Shown here piece after piece: positions 59,610 to 64,000 of a stretch of DNA of 64,000 bases. This DNA comes from Armatimonadota bacterium (lineage in GTDB: Bacteria; Armatimonadota; HRBIN16): NCBI GenBank assembly GCA_963677485.1, contig OY781964.1, positions 3,616,001 through 3,680,000 on the forward strand, read 5' to 3'. The position numbers and the translations under genes were made by a program. The notes under the pieces were generated by a model. It saw nothing but the letters and a program-made list of their open reading frames with translations. It did not search any database and was not told where the DNA came from. Each line of letters opens with the position of its first letter. Positions within the stretch are counted from its first letter, which is position 1.

Positions 59610-60689
59610 TTGGACCATCTTTTGAATACCGCCGTCAAACCAGACTGGGAAAGCCTGATGAAGGCTCTTCGGGGTGAACCAACCGAGCGGGTACACCATA
59701 TCGAGCTTTACAACGACGGCGAAATTGATCTGGCCGTGTGCCAGCGATACGGGCTTCTGGACGATCTCAACCAGAATGACCCGGACTTCTATATGCAGAT
59801 GCATCTGAAGGTCAAGCGCTTCCTTGGCTATGACTACATACGCATGGGGCTCGAAGGTGCTGAAATCCAACTGAACTGGCATCACACCGAAGATACCGGC
59901 GGACGGGCGGCTGGCCGTAACTACATTGACGAGCATGTAGGGCCCATCACCAACTGGGAACAGTTTGAAGCCTACCCCTGGCCGGATGTAGACAAGGCCA
60001 CCAGTCACGGTCTGGAGTGGTTGGAGAAGAACCTGCCGGACGACATGTGCGTGATTGGCAGCGGAGGGTTCGGCCACTTCATGGAGTGGGTGAGCTGGCT
60101 GATGGGCTACGAAACTCTGTGCTATGCGCTTTTCGAAGACCGCGAACTGGTTCAAGCGATTGCGGATAAGGTGTGTGAACACAACCGGAAGGTGCTGGAG
60201 CGTATCCTGCAGTTCCCACGTGTGAAGATCACTTGGGGCAGCGATGACCTTGGCTATAAGGGCGGCACGCTGATACGGCCATCTGATCTGCGGGAGTTTA
60301 TTTTCCCTCCCCACAAGTTGATGGCGAGGATGTCGCATGATGCTGGTATGCCATATTTATTCCATAGCTGCGGAAAACTGACCGAAGTGTATGCAGACCT
60401 AATCAACGATGTGAAGATCGACGCCAAACACAGCTTCGAAGATACCATCGAGACGGTTCAAGATTTCCAGGCGGAATGGGGCGACAAAGTAGCCACTCTG
60501 GGTGGCATCGACATGGACTTCCTGTGCCGCAGCACTCCAGATCAAATCCGGGCCAGGGTACGCAAGACACTGGATGACTGCTGGGCAAAAGGCGGGTATC
60601 TGCTGGGTAGCGGTAACAGCGTGGCAAACTATGTGCCCGTAGAGAACTACCTGACCATGCTTGACGAGGGGCGAAAGTATACCTTGTAG
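59610..60689 (+). CDS. Uroporphyrinogen decarboxylase-family protein
   Basis: SDDLG, FHSCG, HSFED, GGIDMD, GSGNSV. Confidence 0.8.
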   Translation: MDHLLNTAVKPDWESLMKALRGEPTERVHHIELYNDGEIDLAVCQRYGLLDDLNQNDPDFYMQMHLKVKRFLGYDYIRMGLEGAEIQLNWHHTEDTGGRAAGRNYIDEHVGPITNWEQFEAYPWPDVDKATSHGLEWLEKNLPDDMCVIGSGGFGHFMEWVSWLMGYETLCYALFEDRELVQAIADKVCEHNRKVLERILQFPRVKITWGSDDLGYKGGTLIRPSDLREFIFPPHKLMARMSHDAGMPYLFHSCGKLTEVYADLINDVKIDAKHSFEDTIETVQDFQAEWGDKVATLGGIDMDFLCRSTPDQIRARVRKTLDDCWAKGGYLLGSGNSVANYVPVENYLTMLDEGRKYTL

Positions 60690-60706
60690 ACCGGATGTCT
60701 CCAACC

Positions 60707-60855
60707 GTAGGGATGGGCATTGTGGTCAATCGATATCGAGTTATCGTTTGTATGGGCGGTTCGCGAACCGCCCTTCTATCAGGTGCCACGATCTTGCGTG
60801 ACCGCCCGTGCATGTCTGAACCACGGATTACGCGGATGGAACGGATGACACAGAT
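60707..60855. repeat. Composite REP-like region
   Basis: GGGCGGTTCGCGAACCGCCCT as at 8470; 60813-60839 is the exact reverse complement of 8867-8893. Confidence 0.75.
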
Positions 60856-60933
60856 GGTGAGGCCATGCCCATCGGGAGATTAGCGTGCCCAGGGGCCTGG
60901 CGACCAGGGTTATAGGACAAGGAGGAAATCATC

Positions 60934-61452
60934 ATGGAAACAATGGATACCTACGAAGCGATCATCTCACGCCGAAGCGTCCGTGACTTCACCTCGCAGG
61001 TGGTGCCAGGCGATCTGGTGGAGATGCTGTTGAGAGCCGCAATGAGGGCGCCATCGGCCGGTAATGAACAAGCGTGGCAGTTCATCGTTGTGAAAGACCG
61101 CGAGCTGCTTAATGCTGTCCCTAGTTTCAGTCCGTATGCGGCGATGTGCCTGACGGCTCCGATGGCCATAGTCGTCTGCGGGGACACCTCACTCGAAAAG
61201 TTTCATGGGTTTTGGATTCAAGACTGTTGCGCTGCCATTGAGAACTTACTTCTGGCGGCCCATGCTTCGGGCTTAGGCGCCGTCTGGACCGCACTCTACC
61301 CAGATGAAGCACGTGTGGAGGGAGCCCGAACGCTGTTCGGCATCCCCGACCATATCATCCCTCTAGCTATTGTACCGGTGGGATATCCAAAACATCAGCC
61401 ATTCCCTTCGCAAACATACCTCCCTGAACGGGTTCATCACGACAGATATTAG
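60934..61452 (+). CDS. Nitroreductase family protein
   Basis: RRSVRDF, APSAGN.QAW, ENLLLAAH..GLGAVW. Confidence 0.9.
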   Translation: METMDTYEAIISRRSVRDFTSQVVPGDLVEMLLRAAMRAPSAGNEQAWQFIVVKDRELLNAVPSFSPYAAMCLTAPMAIVVCGDTSLEKFHGFWIQDCCAAIENLLLAAHASGLGAVWTALYPDEARVEGARTLFGIPDHIIPLAIVPVGYPKHQPFPSQTYLPERVHHDRY

Positions 61453-61509
61453 CTCGCCCTGCCTCAGCGTGGAGACGGGGAGTTCCGAAATTGCCGCATG
61501 AGGGTGTTT

Positions 61510-61543
61510 TGTTAACGGAATGTTAACTTGTGGTTGGTATAAC
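61510..61543 (+). promoter_or_regulatory. Putative PHO box plus -10 element
   Basis: TGTTAAC at 61510 and 61521 (11-bp period), 10 nt before TATAAC (extended TGn) at 61538. Confidence 0.6.
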
Positions 61544-61607
61544 GAAACACTACCCGTGATCGTACGGGTATAAATAGTATGAACACCATACCAATTGAGG
61601 TGGCACA

Positions 61608-62306
61608 TTGCTGAAACCGAACACCTATCCGGGTAAGTTGATCATCGTTGAAGGTATAGACGGCAGCGGGAAATCAACCCAGATCGATCTGCTGTGCAAA
61701 TGGCTGAAAAGCCAGGGCCGCGCCGTCTACTTTAGCGAATGGAACTCCTCTCCGCTGGTGAAAGACACCACGCGGCTTGGGAAAAAGAAGAAGCTCTTTA
61801 CCCCTACGACCTTTAGCCTGCTCCAATGCACCGACTTTGCAGAACGATGGCAAAATCACATTCTGCCCCTACTCAAAGCAGGTGCCGTGGTGATGGCTGA
61901 CCGATACGCTTTTACTGCATTTGCGCGCGATACGGCACGCGGGGTTGACCCTGAGTGGGTTCGGAAGGTCTACTCCTTTGCCGTCCAGCCTGATATCGCC
62001 TTTTATTTCCGTGTTCCCCTTGATGTGGCCGTCGGCCGAATTCTGGGAGCTCGGGCAAGCATCAAATACTACGAAGCGGGTATGGATATAGGCCTGTCTG
62101 ATGACATCGTGGAGAGCTTCAAACTCTTCCAGGGGCGGATCATGGGAGCCTACGACAGCATGGTTGAGGAGTTTGGCCTGACTGTGGTCGACGGCACGCT
62201 GTCCATCAAAGAACAGCAGGACCAGGTGCGTGATATCTTCAACAAGACACTGGGAGACTGGCAGGGTCTGAGTGTACCTGCGATTTCGGCAGGGGGTGCA
62301 TTATGA
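61608..62306 (+). CDS. Thymidylate-kinase-like P-loop protein A
   Basis: VEGIDGSGKST, MADRY, PDIAFYF. Confidence 0.8.
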   Translation: MLKPNTYPGKLIIVEGIDGSGKSTQIDLLCKWLKSQGRAVYFSEWNSSPLVKDTTRLGKKKKLFTPTTFSLLQCTDFAERWQNHILPLLKAGAVVMADRYAFTAFARDTARGVDPEWVRKVYSFAVQPDIAFYFRVPLDVAVGRILGARASIKYYEAGMDIGLSDDIVESFKLFQGRIMGAYDSMVEEFGLTVVDGTLSIKEQQDQVRDIFNKTLGDWQGLSVPAISAGGAL

Positions 62307-62989
62307 CAAAGTCGATATATTACGGTGCGGGGATGCCATATCTGGACATCACCGAGCTGAGCGGCAAGCTCATCGTCATCGAAGGGCCGGATGGAGTGGG
62401 GCGTAGCACCCAGGTGGGGCTGCTCCGACAGCAGCTTGAGGAGCGTGGATATGGCGTGATCGACACCGCTATGAGCCGATCGGCACTTACCCAGGCAGGC
62501 ATCGAACAGGCAAAGCAAGGCAATCTGGTACCCCCACTAGCTTTAAGCCTTTTCTATGCGGCTGACTTTGCTGACCGGTTGGAGAACCAGATCATCCCGG
62601 CTTTAAAGGCAGGATTTTGTGTGCTTGCTGACCGCTATTTCTACTCCATTGCAGCGCGTAACATCGTGCGTGGGGCCCAATCTGACTACAGCCTCGATGT
62701 CTACGGCTTCGCACTAAAGCCAGATGTGGTGTTTTATCTGCGTACCGATGTGGAGACGCTGGTGGCTCGGCAGATATACGGTCGCGGGTTGAACTACTGG
62801 GAGTCTGGCATGGACTTAAATTTGGCGGGCGATCTGTATGATAGCTTTAAGGCGTACCAGCAACTCATGCTGGAGCAGTTCGACATTATGACGGCGAAAT
62901 ACGGGTTTGAGACGATTGATGCTACACATGATGCCGGAACTGTCAATTCTGAGATCATGGCCAAACTTGACTTAATACTGGAGGGGTAG
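62303..62989 (+). CDS. Thymidylate-kinase-like P-loop protein B
   Basis: IEGPDGVGRST, LADRY, PDVVFYL; ATGA overlap with A. Confidence 0.8.
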   Translation: MTKSIYYGAGMPYLDITELSGKLIVIEGPDGVGRSTQVGLLRQQLEERGYGVIDTAMSRSALTQAGIEQAKQGNLVPPLALSLFYAADFADRLENQIIPALKAGFCVLADRYFYSIAARNIVRGAQSDYSLDVYGFALKPDVVFYLRTDVETLVARQIYGRGLNYWESGMDLNLAGDLYDSFKAYQQLMLEQFDIMTAKYGFETIDATHDAGTVNSEIMAKLDLILEG

Positions 62990-62993
62990 TTTC

Positions 62994-64000
62994 ATGGCGA
63001 TAGACGATGGCTTCCGGCTTTTTGCATCTGAGTGCCTGCTGAAGCGGCTCCAGGCCTTGATGGCCGAACTGGAAGGTGTAAAGAGCAGCGAAGACATCGA
63101 ATACATCCACCGTATGAGGGTGGCCAGCCGCCGTATGCGTTCGGCGCTCAAGGTGTTCGACCCCATGCTGAGTGCCAAACAGCGCAAGCGATGGGCCGCC
63201 GGTATCGGAGATATCACGCGCGCGCTGGGCACCGCCCGCGATTCGGATGTGCAGATCGATGCATTAGAGAAACTCGCAGCGGTCATCACAGATACTGCCG
63301 CCCAGCCCGGCATCGAACGGCTGGAGCTTCGGCTGCGTCAGAGGCGGCGGAAACTTCAGGCGGGTGTCGTAGAAGCCATCACCAATTACGAAGCGAGCGG
63401 ACTGGCGGAAGAGATCAGCGACACGATGCGTCGTTGCCTGGTGGAGTGTCGGCTTCGCGATGTGGAGGCGGTGTCTCCGTGCCTGTTGATGAAAGGGCTT
63501 ACGGAGATATCACTGCGACTTGAGGAGCTGTTAAGCTGGTCAAGCCTGATCGTAAAGCCAGAGAACGTAAGCGAGCTTCACGCGATGAGGATCGCCGCCA
63601 AGCGGTTACGATACACGCTAGAGCTTTTCACGCCAGTGCTGCCAGGAGACGGGAAAGCGCGCCTGGAGCTGGTGAAGGATATTCAGGAACGGCTGGGCGA
63701 CATCCACGACTGCGATGTGTGGCTTGAGCTTCTACCCAGGTTTCTGGACGAGGAACGCCGCGCTACCATGGATTACTACGGGGATACCCGCGGTATGAAG
63801 AACCTTGCGCAGGGCATCAAGATGCTGGGTGACAACAGACGTCAGCATCGTGAGGAGCTCTACGCTGATTTCATGTCAAAGTGGGCCGATTTGGATAAGA
63901 TGCAAACCTGGCCGAGTTTGCGTGCAGAGCTACGTGCCATTGCTTTAACCACCAAACATCCCGCATCACACTCATCCGAACACGCCGAGTCAGACGATGC
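62994..64000 (+). CDS. CHAD-domain protein, runs off window end; absent from ORF track
   Basis: ATG 62994 after GGAGG: DIEYIHRMRVASRRMR..LGTARDSDV..LHAMRIAAKRLRY..QERLGDIHDCDV; no stop seen. Confidence 0.9.
   Translation, partial: MAIDDGFRLFASECLLKRLQALMAELEGVKSSEDIEYIHRMRVASRRMRSALKVFDPMLSAKQRKRWAAGIGDITRALGTARDSDVQIDALEKLAAVITDTAAQPGIERLELRLRQRRRKLQAGVVEAITNYEASGLAEEISDTMRRCLVECRLRDVEAVSPCLLMKGLTEISLRLEELLSWSSLIVKPENVSELHAMRIAAKRLRYTLELFTPVLPGDGKARLELVKDIQERLGDIHDCDVWLELLPRFLDEERRATMDYYGDTRGMKNLAQGIKMLGDNRRQHREELYADFMSKWADLDKMQTWPSLRAELRAIALTTKHPASHSSEHAESDD

Noticed and set aside
59481-60338. 285-aa minus-strand ORF
   Set aside because: Antisense shadow of the URO-D-family gene
63032-63523. 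163-aa ORF in the track
   Set aside because: Alternative frame of the CHAD gene starting at 62994

Overview
Bacterial chromosomal window, gene-dense, with no CRISPR array, rRNA or integrase/transposase seen. The gene mix suggests an Armatimonadota-like anaerobe or facultative organism (inference only). Housekeeping genes include argG, argH, a short argA, rimO, miaB, tmk, rseP, plsC, a phoB/phoR-like pair, nrfHA and tRNA-Pro(CGG), alongside several secreted glycoside-hydrolase-like proteins. Two candidate undescribed systems stand out. (1) At 9.0-15.1 kb, an ArsR-controlled operon tusA-mvhD*-hdrA-hdrA'-wHTH-qmoC-like-dsrE2 encodes a Qmo/Hdr-like membrane redox complex with two sulfur carriers, no HdrB and no AprAB, an MvhD that has lost most [2Fe-2S] ligands, and asymmetric HdrA flavin sites. 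(2) At 61.5-64 kb, a PHO-box-preceded operon of two thymidylate-kinase-like proteins plus a CHAD protein sits in a genome that already has a canonical tmk, suggesting a polyphosphate module. Also notable: a ~180-nt rod-like RNA structure after tmk, a self-targeting MerR multidomain gene with an internal in-frame start, an HtrA operon with two pseudo-proteases, an in-frame TGA in an aldo/keto reductase, and a mosaic of REP-like intergenic repeats.
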